Below are positions 39,137-50,733 of a stretch of 52,205 nucleotides of DNA, piece by piece. A model generated the notes under the pieces. That model saw only the letters and a list, made by a program, of their open reading frames with translations. It did no database searches and was not told where the DNA came from. How positions within the stretch are numbered: position 1 is the first letter of the stretch; each line of letters begins with the position of its first letter. Position numbers and translations under genes: made by a program. The stretch is from Chiloscyllium plagiosum (lineage: Eukaryota), in contig NC_057759.1 of the NCBI RefSeq assembly GCF_004010195.1, forward strand, positions 285,865-338,069, read 5' to 3'.

Positions 39137-39636
39137 NNNNNNNNNNNNNNNNNNNNNNNNNNNNNNNNNNNNNNNNNNNNNNNNNNNNNNNNNNNNNNNN
39201 NNNNNNNNNNNNNNNNNNNNNNNNNNNNNNNNNNNNNNNNNNNNNNNNNNNNNNNNNNNNNNNNNNNNNNNNNNNNNNNNNNNNNNNNNNNNNNNNNNNN
39301 NNNNNNNNNNNNNNNNNNNNNNNNNNNNNNNNNNNNNNNNNNNNNNNNNNNNNNNNNNNNNNNNNNNNNNNNNNNNNNNNNNNNNNNNNNNNNNNNNNNN
39401 NNNNNNNNNNNNNNNNNNNNNNNNNNNNNNNNNNNNNNNNNNNNNNNNNNNNNNNNNNNNNNNNNNNNNNNNNNNNNNNNNNNNNNNNNNNNNNNNNNNN
39501 NNNNNNNNNNNNNNNNNNNNNNNNNNNNNNNNNNNNNNNNNNNNNNNNNNNNNNNNNNNNNNNNNNNNNNNNNNNNNNNNNNNNNNNNNNNNNNNNNNNN
39601 NNNNNNNNNNNNNNNNNNNNNNNNNNNNNNNNNNNN
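39137..39636. other. Assembly gap
   Basis: N run. Confidence 1.
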
Positions 39637-40573
39637 ATCTGGAAATAATTGAGGTCAAATTTTATTCTTTACCTTTCAGCATCCAGCGACTGAGTGAGAG
39701 TGAATTTAGTCTTGTGCTGCCACTCTGTAACTCAGTTCACGTCTCCTGCAGTGAAGAAAAACAGCCAAAATTCTTTAATTGTTTGTGCCAGTAGGAATCA
39801 TGTGCAAGTGAAAAAGTAACACAGTGCAACAGAGAGGATTCTGTGCTGTTCTTCAGAGTCAAGGTAGGAAACACAATAAACCTTTTGTATCTTGTATAGT
39901 GTGGAATCTAACGGGCAGTAATGATATTAAAATGTCCGTCTTCAGAACGCCATTAGTTTTTGTTTCAGTGTATATTGATTTACTTTTCTGAACACTGCTG
40001 AACTAACAATCAGTGTAAACTGAATTCATTTGCAACTAAGTAAAAGGGTGACAAACAATTCAATTGCATTGGAGCTGACTGACCATAATGTTCCTTGTAC
40101 AGAAAAGACAATTGATTCATTCACTTCTATTTTCTGATGGAGACAGAACATTACCCTGCTCTGTCGTGTGATGACACACCATTAACAGTACTCTTTGGGT
40201 TACTCTATAGTAGGAAGGAGGAAAAGAAAAGGAGGGTTTTTTTTGGTATGCAGTGTACAATATGTAAACTGCCAAATTCAATTTATTGAACAATTAACAC
40301 TGTTCAACTCTGCTTGAAAATAAAATGAGTAGTTCTACAAACCTACTAATTTTTGCCTTTTCTTTTCCCTTTCTCCACTGCTTTGCAGGGTGGTTCTTAG
40401 ATTCCACTGATACATTTTGTAAATTGCAGATAGATGTCATGCTTTTTCTGAGATACGTTCCAGGGAGGGGGAAGAGGAGTGCAGAGCTCTTTGTAGAAAA
40501 TTGCAACCAATTTTGAAAGAAGTACATAATTATCTAAAAACAAAAGGTTTCTGCTTGGACTGAACCAGACAAA

Positions 40574-40809
40574 ACAAAGTCTTCTACTGCAATATGAAGA
40601 AGTGGAGAATAATGATGTTATAAAGATGGGGATGGCAGCTCCTCTGCTACCATGATACATTTATGCAATTGGATGCTGCATGCTCAGGATGAAAATTGAC
40701 AAAGTCTTCTACTGCAATATGAAGAAGTGGAGAATAATGATGTTATAAAGCTCCTCTGCTACCATGATACATTTATGCAATTGGATGCTGCATGCTCAGG
40801 ATAAAAATT
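40574..40809 (+). repeat. Tandem duplication, period 125 bp
   Basis: ACAAAGTCTTCTACTGCAATATGAAG... at 40574 and 40699; the second copy lacks about 13 nt. Confidence 0.9.
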
Positions 40810-41299
40810 ATTAGCTGGTTGTTTCTGATCATGCAGACTCAAAAGTTTTCTAGGGCCTGATTCTGTGCTGTAGGCCTCTCTGACCAGGGATTTGTGGGTA
40901 GAAATAATTTTGAATGTAACATTTTGCAATGTCAATAGAACAGTATAGCTGTTCGACATTGTAATGTGTGTCAGGATGGTGGATGTTTTTGAAAGTCATT
41001 ATAAGTCCGAGAGAGAGAGAGACTGTGTGTTAGGGGTGGGGGCGGAGAGGGGAAACATTTGGTTACATACATCTATGTCAGGCTTTGACATAGAATGTGC
41101 ACTTGGAATTTATATTATTTGATTGCTGTGTCTATATTCGTGACAAAAGATTACTTGTCGTTCTCGGTTACTGATAGTTGAAATGTTTCCTTCAATAACA
41201 AATTTGTACTTGATCCACTTTACACATGGTTATTCAAAGGAATTACGTCAGCAATTTGTTCCCTTTGATTTTAACATTAAAGCTATCGTTAATAAATGC

Positions 41300-41672
41300 A
41301 GACAATATAAACATTAGTGGATTTGTGGGTGATGTATAAGCTTGTCAAAGGATACCCCAAGATATAGATCACTTGCAGATATGGGCGGAAAAATGATATT
41401 GAGTTTAATCCGGCATGGTTTCAGAGGGTGGACTTTGGGAGATCACATGTTAAGGAAAGGTATACAGTAAATGGCTGGACACTCAACATCATTGACATAC
41501 AAAAGGATCTTGGGGTTCCAGTCTGTTGCTCCCTGAAAGGGGCTATGCAAGTATTCAGGGTGGTATCTGAAAGGCAGCATGTGGCATGCTTGCCTTATTG
41601 GTCAGGGAATTGAGTACAAGTGTCAGGATGTCATATTGCAGCTTTATAAGACTTTGGTTAGGTCATGCTTAG
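41300..41672 (+). mobile_element. Decayed CR1 fragment
   Basis: DFGRSH...YTVNG...QKDLGV, LQLYKTLVR. Confidence 0.7.
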
Positions 41673-41825
41673 TTTTGTGACAGAAGATTAATTCTGTCCT
41701 TCTTCGTTACTGATAGCGGAAATGTTTCCTTCAATATTTGTACTCACTATCGACTTATTATGGTTGTTCAAACTAACAACATCGTCTATTTGTTCACCTC
41801 TATTGTAACGTGAAAATTATATTTT

Positions 41826-42130
41826 CTAAAGTTCATAACCCACGAGGACAGCCTCAGTCGGGACCTTGGGTTCCTGTCACACTATACACTATCTCACACA
41901 CACACCTATGCCCACACCCTCTCACAGGCTTATACACCATCACACTCATACACACAAACATTTGCATATGTACTCACACTCACAACCCAAGGAAACCTAA
42001 ACACATAAATAGAAAGCAGGCCATACCACCAGTGCTTCAGCCGGAGGCTCATTGATGATGTAACTTAGAATGGTAGAAAACGTCTAAAACAAACCTTCCA
42101 GTTCAGCAAACAAACCTATATCCAGAAGTC
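41826..42130 (+). mobile_element. Decayed Penelope-like 3' ends
   Basis: CGGGACCTTGGGTTC as at 34858; CA-rich tract; degenerate hammerhead TTGATGA...AAACGTC at 42052-42084. Confidence 0.55.
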
Positions 42131-42950
42131 TCTCAAATTGAGATGCATGGTTACGGTTGATGGTCAGAATTTTTTATTTAATGTAGAGAGTGGTAGGAGT
42201 AGAATGCACTGCTAGGGGTGGTGATGGAGGCAGATACAATACAGGTAATGAAAGGACTTTAAAAATAAGCAAATTAATATTCAAGAAATAGAGGGATATG
42301 GACCAAGGGCAGGCAGAAGGGATTAATTTCATTCGGTGTCATGTTCGGCACAACTTTTTAGGCTAAAGGACCCTTTCCTGTACTGCACCATTCGATGTTC
42401 AGATTTAATGCAGTGTATATTTCAGCTGAAAATTCATTCAAGTTGATTGGAACTGGTTGCATGGATTGAGAATATAGAGCAAAAAATATAAACTTCTATT
42501 TCCTTGGTGGTGGTTAGTTCTTGGTTTGAACATATCTCTCTGGAAATGGAGCTCAATGTGAACCTAACTCAATTCACTCTGATCATGGAAAGGATGTACT
42601 TCGCTGTGACAGTGGAAACACACCTGCTGTTTGTTCGAAGCAGCTGGTCACACTTAGCTCTGTACTGAGAGAATATTACATTGCATTGGTCCTTTGAGTA
42701 CTTGCCTGGAGGAAGATAGAAGAGATACCTCCTGTAAATCAACATCAGTTGTGACTGGCATCAATATAACATTCAGTTAATAATTAGGATTTTTTGTTCA
42801 ACACCAGCAATTTAAACAGAACCACAGGTCTGATTCCATTCCTGCTCTGAGCTGCTCCTTATCCATTTTTTTTCTTAAAATTCTAACACCAGTTGAGTGA
42901 GATTCAGAAACTAAACAATAGCCATACAGCTCCATGAATGGGGCCATCTG

Positions 42951-43200
42951 ATTTTTATTTCAAAAATATACTTTATTCATAAAATATTTTATGATCTGTA
43001 CAATTGGTCTTGGCATACATACGTAAACATTCAATTTCTTGGTATACAGAGACAAAATAATAATTCATATATACAGGTCTGTACGATTACTATCTACATA
43101 TTTAGTTGGGGGTCAGCAGAGCCCCCCTACTGCGTCAGACCCCTATGCTTCGGCAGGCAGACGTTACACAGTGGTCTTTCCCCACCGCACCTGTTGCAAG
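42951..43200 (-). mobile_element. L1/Tx1-type LINE 3' end
   Basis: Minus strand RWGKTTV-stop, then a 3' UTR ending AATAAAGTATATTTTTGAATAAAAA. Confidence 0.6.
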
Positions 43201-43371
43201 TGTCCATGTGGATATGAGAGTTTATACCGGTCAGTTCCGGCTTGGTGAATGTGTGGGTGTAGTTATCAAACTGTAACTTTCAGTATATGGTAAATATATT
43301 TACATATTTACACAGCAGAGATAGCAGAGTCTGATTGATAACTAGAGAATCATGACAATAATACAGCATTG

Positions 43372-43547
43372 AGGCAGCCATTTCTGATTGGTCCCATTGT
43401 CCAGCCCCGCCTAACGTTGTTTCAATTCCCAATCAGATATCTGCCTCATTCCCCAATCCGGAGAGGGTACGGGGAGGAGGGAGGAAAGTACCAGCGCCAA
43501 ATCATCAACCGCTTTTTGCAACTTGAAAAGCCCGCCAATTTCCAAAC
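43372..43547 (-). promoter_or_regulatory. Orphan H2A promoter (TATA and gene missing)
   Basis: Inverted near-copy of about 29690-29877; similarity stops just before the TATA box. Confidence 0.85.
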
Positions 43548-44316
43548 AGTGTGTTTTACACTAAAAAATGAAGTACAAAAAGCTGACTAAGTTTAAAAAA
43601 AAAACTCATGTTAATTTACTTTTAGTTCACAGTCTTCCTCTCCCTCATTTGCTCACCTGTATCTGTCCATTTCTGATCTTGGGTGGGTTATTTTTTAAAC
43701 CTTGAAAAGAGGCTGAAACAAAACGGGCCAAACACTGCCGTCTGCAACCTGTCTTCTCACTTCACATTTCAGTCGCACGCCGGCATGCTAATAAAGCAGC
43801 ACACATTCTTCCGGCTCAGTATCGATGGCGAACACCGTTTACGACGACATTTTAAAGTTGTCCTCCCTTATCGGTCTCGAACAGAATCAGCAATAATCGC
43901 CACATTTCAGTCCGGCAGCTGTTTTGGTGTTCTCTCGGTTCACTTTGAAAGCCTCTCACCGACAGCAGAAAGTGTATTGCTGTTTACATTCTGAAAAGTC
44001 GGATTAAATCTGCGCATTGGCAATGTAGCACCAAAGATGAAAATACATCAGTGGGACTGAAAGCTGTGGGCACTTCCAACAGGGCTTTCAGCAATTTGAA
44101 CTGTTTATGAAATCACTCTCCCCACCTCGTCAATTTGCAACTCACTTATAAAATCAAATATAGTATGTGACTAAAAATACCTGCTCAAGAATCACATGCA
44201 GACCAGAACTAATCAATCTTAAAAATGACTCACTGGTGCTTAATCTGCTGTCTCTCTACTGACAAGGGAAGAGGCTGTATGTGATGTTTGAGGCTGTTTC
44301 TTACCCCACCCCCCCC

Positions 44317-44605
44317 TCTGGATCTCCCGGGAGCTGATGGTGCTGCGCTTGTTGTAATGGGCCAGGCGGGAAGCCTCCCCCGCGATGCGCTCGAAAATGT
44401 CGTTGACGAACGAATTCATGATGCTCATGGCCTTGGAGGAGATGCCGGTGTCGGGGTGGACCTGCTTCATCACTTTGTAGATGTAGATGGAGTAACTTTC
44501 TTTCCTGGTCCTTTTCCTCTTCTTGCCGCCCTTCGCTGACGTCTTCTTGATGATTTTCTTCGCGCCCTTCTTGGAGGTTTGCTGTGCTTTCTTCTCATCC
44601 GCCAT
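44317..44605 (-). pseudogene. H2B: 3'-truncated histone H2B
   Basis: MADEKK...TISSREIQ, then unrelated G-rich sequence (ORF stops at 44240); C-terminal part and stem-loop absent. Confidence 0.92.
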
Positions 44606-45058
44606 GACGCCGCTCGCTTTCAATTACAAAATAATAGAAAGTGGGCTCGGAGCTCCCTTTTTATAGACTGACAGCGTCATCAATGTTAATAAGGGATTGA
44701 GGAAAGCCTGGTTCCTGATTGGGTAGTTAACACGGAGTCATTCCCAAACACTCACCTTCTGTGATTGGTTAGAATGGGACCCAATGTGGAGCTGTCAGAA
44801 TCTGCAACGAAATGTGAAGTGGATGGTGATTCTGTTCCTGTCAGCCTGACTGAAGAAGATTTGTTTTATGCCTGTGACACAGAAAGTGACTGTGGAATTG
44901 GTTCGGTTTCCTTTTGCTCGTTGTTGTGAAGGTGTGGGAAAAGATGTGTTTCTCCGCATGTCTGTTTCTGGTCCTCTCTCTGGGCTGGAATTAATACTGA
45001 GATTACCATTTTTCTCAGTGCCATTTTTCACCATTTAATACTGAGTTTACCATTTTTC

Positions 45059-45336
45059 GCCAGAGACCCGGGCAACTCAATTCCCACCTCGGGCAACTGT
45101 CTGTATGGAGTTTGCACATTCTCCCCGTGTCCGTTGGGTTTCCTCTGGGTGCTCCGGATTCCTCCCACAGTCCAAAAGATGTGCAGGTGAGGTGAATTGT
45201 CCATGCTAAATTGCCCATAGTGTTCGGTGAAGGGGTAAATATAGGGGAATTGTGGGTGTGTTGCGCTTTGGCGTGTCGGTGTGGACTTGTTGGGCCAAAG
45301 GGCCTATTTCCACACTGCAAGTAATCTAATCTAATC
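45059..45336 (+). mobile_element. HE1/V-SINE (5'-truncated)
   Basis: V-domain and (AATCT)n tail. Confidence 0.9.
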
Positions 45337-45464
45337 TTAAAAAGATGTCTCAAAGCAGGAGACAATAAGAAAAATGAGAAGACTGACATTTTTATTTGCC
45401 TGCGTGTACTCAGCTCTGAGAATATGTTGTTGTGGTTCTGTTCGCCGAGCTGGGAAGTTGTGTT

Positions 45465-45504
45465 GCAGACGTTTCGTCCCCTGTCTAGGTGACATCCTCA
45501 GTGC
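45465..45504 (-). ncRNA. Type I hammerhead ribozyme, intact core
   Basis: Minus strand GCA-CTGAGGA-T-GTCACCT(AGAC)AGGGGAC-GAAA-CGTC-TGC. Confidence 0.8.
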
Positions 45505-45870
45505 TTGGGAGCCTCCTGTGAAGTGCTTCTGTGATGTTTTCTCCAGCATTTATAGTGGTTTGTCTCTGCCGCTTCCGGTTGTTAGTTCCAGCTGTCCGCT
45601 GCAGTGCTCGGTATATTGGGTCCAGGTCAATGTGCATATTGATTGAATCTGTGGATGAGTTCCATGCCTCTAGGAATTCCCTGGCTGTTCTCTGTTTGGC
45701 TTGTCCTATAATAATAGTGTTGTCCCAGTCGAACTCATGTTGCTTGTCATCTGCATGTGTGGCTACTAAGGATAGCTGGTCATTTCGTGGCTAGTTGGTG
45801 TTGTGTTCATGGATGCGGACCATTAGCTGTCTATGTAGTGTACAAAATCCCATGCAAGGACTGCACAAAA

Positions 45871-45908
45871 NNNNNNNNNNNNNNNNNNNNNNNNNNNNNN
45901 NNNNNNNN
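45871..45908. other. Assembly gap
   Basis: N run. Confidence 1.
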
Positions 45909-46649
45909 CCTCATTCTGTTGTCCCCTAGTCAGGGGACGAAACTTCTGCGACACAAATTCCCAGCTTGGCGCACAGAACCACAACAACGAGCACCCGAGC
46001 TACAAATCTTCTCACAGACTTTGATCTGAGAATATGTCTTATCAAAAATGTACCTGTCAGTTTTTTTGAGGAATATGAGAACATTGTTTTAAATTTACAC
46101 CTGTCACTTTCTCCAATATGAATGTTTGAGTGCAGTTTTCGATATATACCGGAGAGTTCCAACTACATGAATGGATGAGTGCATTTGAAAGTATCTGTAC
46201 CTTTCAGTGTGTGCTCTGTGAATAAGTGAGTGTACTTATAATATTTGGTTCTGTTTAACATGACACTTGCCAGAAACTGCAGGAGCTATTTTTACTTCAA
46301 ATCTGTTGCTCAACATGAATAAGATTTTATCTATTGCCATCCATGTCCGAGTAGCATGGTGGCACACTGTTTGCTGTGATGGAGCTGATCACTAATGCCA
46401 AGCTATCTTATCTAATTCATTCCAAGACAGATTTTAGTAAAGGCTCTAAATACTCTAAGAGTTGATTGTAGTGAAGCTGAACAGACTGCTAGACCATGCA
46501 CCAAATCTGCCAGTCACAACATTATTAGAATAGCCAGCTGTCCTTCCACACACAGTATGTGAGGCATATGGTGGGCTCTAAACGGGCAACAGGTGCATTA
46601 GGAAAGAAAACAGATCCATTCAAAAACAAGCTTTGGGTTGGGTCATTAA

Positions 46650-46813
46650 TTGAGAGGTTTATAAAATCATGAGGGGCATGGATAGGGTTAATAGACAAGA
46701 TCTTTTCCCTGGGATGGGGGAGTCTAGGACGAGAGAGCATAGGTTTAGGGTGAGAGGGGAAAGATATGAAAGAGACCTAAGGGCAACTATTTTACGCATA
46801 GGGTGATGCATGT
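46650..46813 (+). mobile_element. CR1/HER1 fragment abutting the ERV LTR
   Basis: GAGGTTTATAAAATCATGAGGGGC...; same sequence as about 15847-16000. Confidence 0.85.
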
Positions 46814-47344
46814 TGTCGGACTTTTGCTCAATCTACCAACTTACTTTCTTCTATGTGTGAGCCAAGTCCTGCATGTTCTTGAAATGAAGCAATAGGAGAA
46901 GATATTCGGTCTCACACTTTTAGTTTATTTTAGCAGTAAGTGGATAAAGCATACGGAGCTCTGTCCCCGACCCAGTCTTTTTACATAATAAAAAACGTCA
47001 TGCAATCACTGAGGTGGGATTGTCTTCTGATTGGCTGTTGATCTGACTCCATTCTCCGCCTCCTTGCGTTCCCGGATGTCCGACCCCACATGACCTTGTT
47101 TTGCCCGCAAAATGGAGTACCACATGACCCTATTTTGTCCGGGAGACGGAGTACTACGTGACCCTGTTTTGCCTGCAAAACGGAGGACCACGTGACCTCC
47201 TTGCACACCTCCGGCGCGTGAAACAGAGCATCACGTGACCTTGTTTTGCGCGCGCGCATAACGGAGCATCCCCAAAGGCTTTCGAATGCCGAGTATATTT
47301 ACACTCGCATGTTTCAGTATTTATAAGTAAGTCATATATTTACA
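46814..47344 (-). mobile_element. 3' LTR of endogenous retrovirus
   Basis: Minus strand TGTA...GACA; polypurine tract AGAAGGGGGA at 47356-47347; CCAAT at 47034; AATAAA at 46929; U3 tandem repeats. Confidence 0.85.
47086..47268. repeat. Five approx. 34-43 bp repeats in LTR U3, each with an E-box-like core
   Basis: CACATGACC twice, TACGTGACC once, CACGTGACC twice, mostly followed by TTTTG...GGAG. Confidence 0.85.
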
Positions 47345-47388
47345 AGTCCCCCTTCTGGTCTCATGAAAATGAGACCAACAAACCAGTT

Positions 47389-50300
47389 TTATACATCACA
47401 TTCGCTCTCCAATACATAGTTTTCCCTTCTTGCCGGAGCCATGGTTTCCGTCTCCATCTGGGAGGGCGGGGAAGCCTTCCCTTTAATTGCTGTGATGATT
47501 ACCTCCTGCAGTCTGACCGCATGGGATGTCCCCTCCACCACCCTGTTAGGTCCTGTCCACCTTGGCTCCGACCACTTCCGTATGATCATCTTCAGCAGGA
47601 CCCAGTCCGTGGGAGGTGGCACCTGACTCTGTCGGTCCCCCTTTTCCAATCCAACCTGTTTGGAGAAAGCTGACACCAAAGCTGTTAGTTGATCACAGTA
47701 AGGTTTGTACCTTAGAGAGGCTCCTCCTCCCTCTAACATCTGTATTCCAGCTCCTGGTCCAGGGAACTGCTGCCCTGTTGTTAGCTCGTACGGGGTAAAC
47801 CCTATGATGGAGTTTACTGAACTTCTAATGGACAGTAAAGCAAAGGGTAGGGCCTCCACCCAACTTAACTTTGTTTGGGCACACACTTTTCCTATTTTTC
47901 CTTTTATGGACTGATTTATTCTTTCCACTTTTCCTTGTGACTGAGGATGGTACACTGTTCCAAACGCATGTTTCAGTCCGAAAGCTGCTTCAACTTCTTA
48001 CAGGTCTTTTTTCTTGAAATGTGTGCCATTATCTGACCTGACTCTCTTTGGAAACCCATGCATTGGAATGTATTGGTTTATCCAAAATTTGATCACTGTT
48101 TTTGCATCTTCCTTTTTCGCAGGTATCGCTTCTGGCCAACCAGTGCATGCATCCACTGCTACCAAAAGGTACCGGTATCCGTTTACTCTCTCTATCATGT
48201 CAGTGTACTCAATCACTATTTCCTGACCTGGCATTCTTGGGAGAGGGAATTTTCCCTCGTGTGGTTTCACTGTTGCTNNNNNNNNNNNNNNNNNNNNNNN
48301 NNNNNNNNNNNNNNNNNNNNNNNNNNNNNNNNNNNNNNNNNNNNNNNNNNNNNNNNNNNNNNNNNNNNNNNNNNNNNNNNNNNNNNNNNNNNNNNNNNNN
48401 NNNNNNNNNNNNNNNNNNNNNNNNNNNNNNNNNNNNNNNNNNNNNNNNNNNNNNNNNNNNNNNNNNNNNNNNNNNNNNNNNNNNNNNNNNNNNNNNNNNN
48501 NNNNNNNNNNNNNNNNNNNNNNNNNNNNNNNNNNNNNNNNNNNNNNNNNNNNNNNNNNNNNNNNNNNNTTATCATGTCCTCTACACTTGACCACCGCCAC
48601 TTCCGCAGGTTTCATTAGGGCCTCCGCTAATCTTTTCATATCTTTTTCATGTTTAATTGGGGTTTTTGCTGCTGTTAAGAATCCTGCTCTAATCCATTGA
48701 CTGAGTTCTACCTGTATAGCCTCTGCCACATATACAGAGTCGGTGTAGATATTTACTCTTTTTCCCTCTGACCATTCTAACGCAGCAATCATTGCCTGTA
48801 GTTCAGCCAACTGGGCTGATTCTTTGCCAGTCACTTTTCCTGTCAACACTTCCTCAGATCCCTCACTTGTCCGTCGCACCACTGCATAGGCTGCTTTAAG
48901 ACCTTCAGTTGGATGTCTGTAACAGCAACCATCTGTAAACAGCACTTCTTCTGGGTCTACTGGTGTAATTGCCTGTAAGTCTGCCCTAACTTTGAAGTCT
49001 CTCTGTATCCTTTCCTCACACATGTGTGGCTCTCCTTCTCCCATGTTGTCAGCCATGTTAATTCCTTCGTGTGTAAACGTTATATGTGGTGCATTCAGGA
49101 TTTTCTGTAACCTGGTTTGCCGCAGTGACGTCATTGTAAAGGCTGTTGAGTTCACATAGGCCACTATACTACGTGTCGTCAGTACCGTTAGTGAATGGCC
49201 CATGACTATATGTGCTACGTTTTGGAGAATTTTTGCTACCCCTGCTGCATGTCTTGTACATGGAGGGTGTTTGTCCTCTATTGGGTCAAGGGTAACACTT
49301 ACATACATCAGCACCTGCCTGCCTCCCCCTTTTTTCTGAAAAAGAACATTCTGTGTGTAATGTTTCAGAAATATCAAGGAAAAATGGCCCTTTGTAACCC
49401 GGGACCGCTAAATCAGCAGCCCGCGTTAGGGCCTGTTTAAGAGATATGAAACTTTCGTTTGCCTCCGTGGTCACTGCAAATGGGCCGACAAATTTCTCAT
49501 GCCTTGCTCATTGACCATGGCTCTGAGAGGGAAAGTGAGCTCCCCATATGATGCAACGAATCATCTGCTGTATCCTGCCAACCCAAGAAATGAGAGCATG
49601 TCTCTTACAGTGACTGGTTCGGTATGGTGCAGAATGGAGGATCTATGGGATGGAGAGACACCTGTCCCCTTAATGGAAATCACTCTACCCAAAAAAGACA
49701 CCGTTTGTCTGCAGCATTATAACTTAGCCCGTGAGACTTTGAAACCGACTTTATACATGCGAAGCAGCAACATCTTTGTGGCTGCCAGACAAGAAACATG
49801 GTCGGGTGCCGCCAAAAGAATGTCATCCACATACTGGATCAATATCACCCCCTTTTGGAGTGTCAGGTCCTTCAGCTGCTGTTTCAGTACCTGATTAAAC
49901 ACCCCCGGCGACAAAATGAACCCTTGAGGGACCCTTGTATAACGTAGTTGCTGGCCTTTATAGGTGAACGAAAAAATGTCCCTCAAATGATCAGCTAAGG
50001 GCAAGCAGAAGAACGCGTTGGCCAGATCAATGCACGAGAACCACTTATGGTCAGGGATCAGGATAGACATTGCAGTGTAGGGGTTTGGAACTGGAACTGT
50101 TGGAGTAGAAACAACGTTATTAATCCGTCTAAGATCATGCGCCATCCGATATTTACCGGTATTCTGCTTCTCTACAGGTAAAATAGGAGTGTTCCAGGCT
50201 GACTGGGAGGGTTCTAGCACCCCTGCTGCTAACAATCCTTCAATTGTGTCAGCACCGGATTCAGCCTCTGGTTTGTATGAATATTCTCTCTGCCAAATTG

Positions 50301-50703
50301 GAGTGTGGTCAATTAAATCGAATGTGATCGGTGTGACGTGTTTGCAGTGACCAACGTCCGTTGAACCTGCTGACCACAAGGTATCTGGTAGAGTGTCAAG
50401 CATCGCTGCAGCCTGTGGATGGTCTGTTTTCTTCCTGCCATGAAACCTTTCAGTCTGCCTATGTTCCAGCAGTACCTTGTCAGTTGTCCTATACATAATG
50501 CTGTAGGCTTCCTCTGATGGTGAATATTGTAAACTGGGTTTGGACTCAGCTTCCCGATCAGTTAGCGCCATCATACGTTTGGACATGGGTCCCAGATCCT
50601 TGGCCTGATAGTTAGCATGCACGGTCAATGTGAGATGAGGTATAGCTTCTTCAGACATCTCATACCATTCCAACTGTTCTGCAGTCAGTTCAACCCATGT
50701 CAA
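47389..50703 (-). pseudogene. pol: ERV pol (RT, RNase H, integrase), frameshifted; protease absent
   Basis: WNTPILPV, YRMAHDLR, IDLANAFF, VPQGF, YVDD; FTDG, SAQLAEL, NIYTDS; SDNGTHF, YHPQSQGKVER, WSEPRWTGP. Confidence 0.93.
48278..48568. other. Assembly gap
   Basis: N run. Confidence 1.
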
Positions 50704-50733
50704 CCAAAAAAGACAGATTCTTGTCCATTATCC

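Larger units (their letters stand above)
45428..46024. mobile_element. Penelope/Poseidon-type fragment, family C, inverted arrangement
   Basis: Minus strand LVATHADDKQHEFDWDNTIIIGQAKQRTAREFLEAWNS..SINMHIDLDPIY; plus strand VVYKIPCKDCTK; pLTRs at both ends in opposite orientation; exact TCTGAGAATATGT at 45415 and 46025. Confidence 0.85.
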
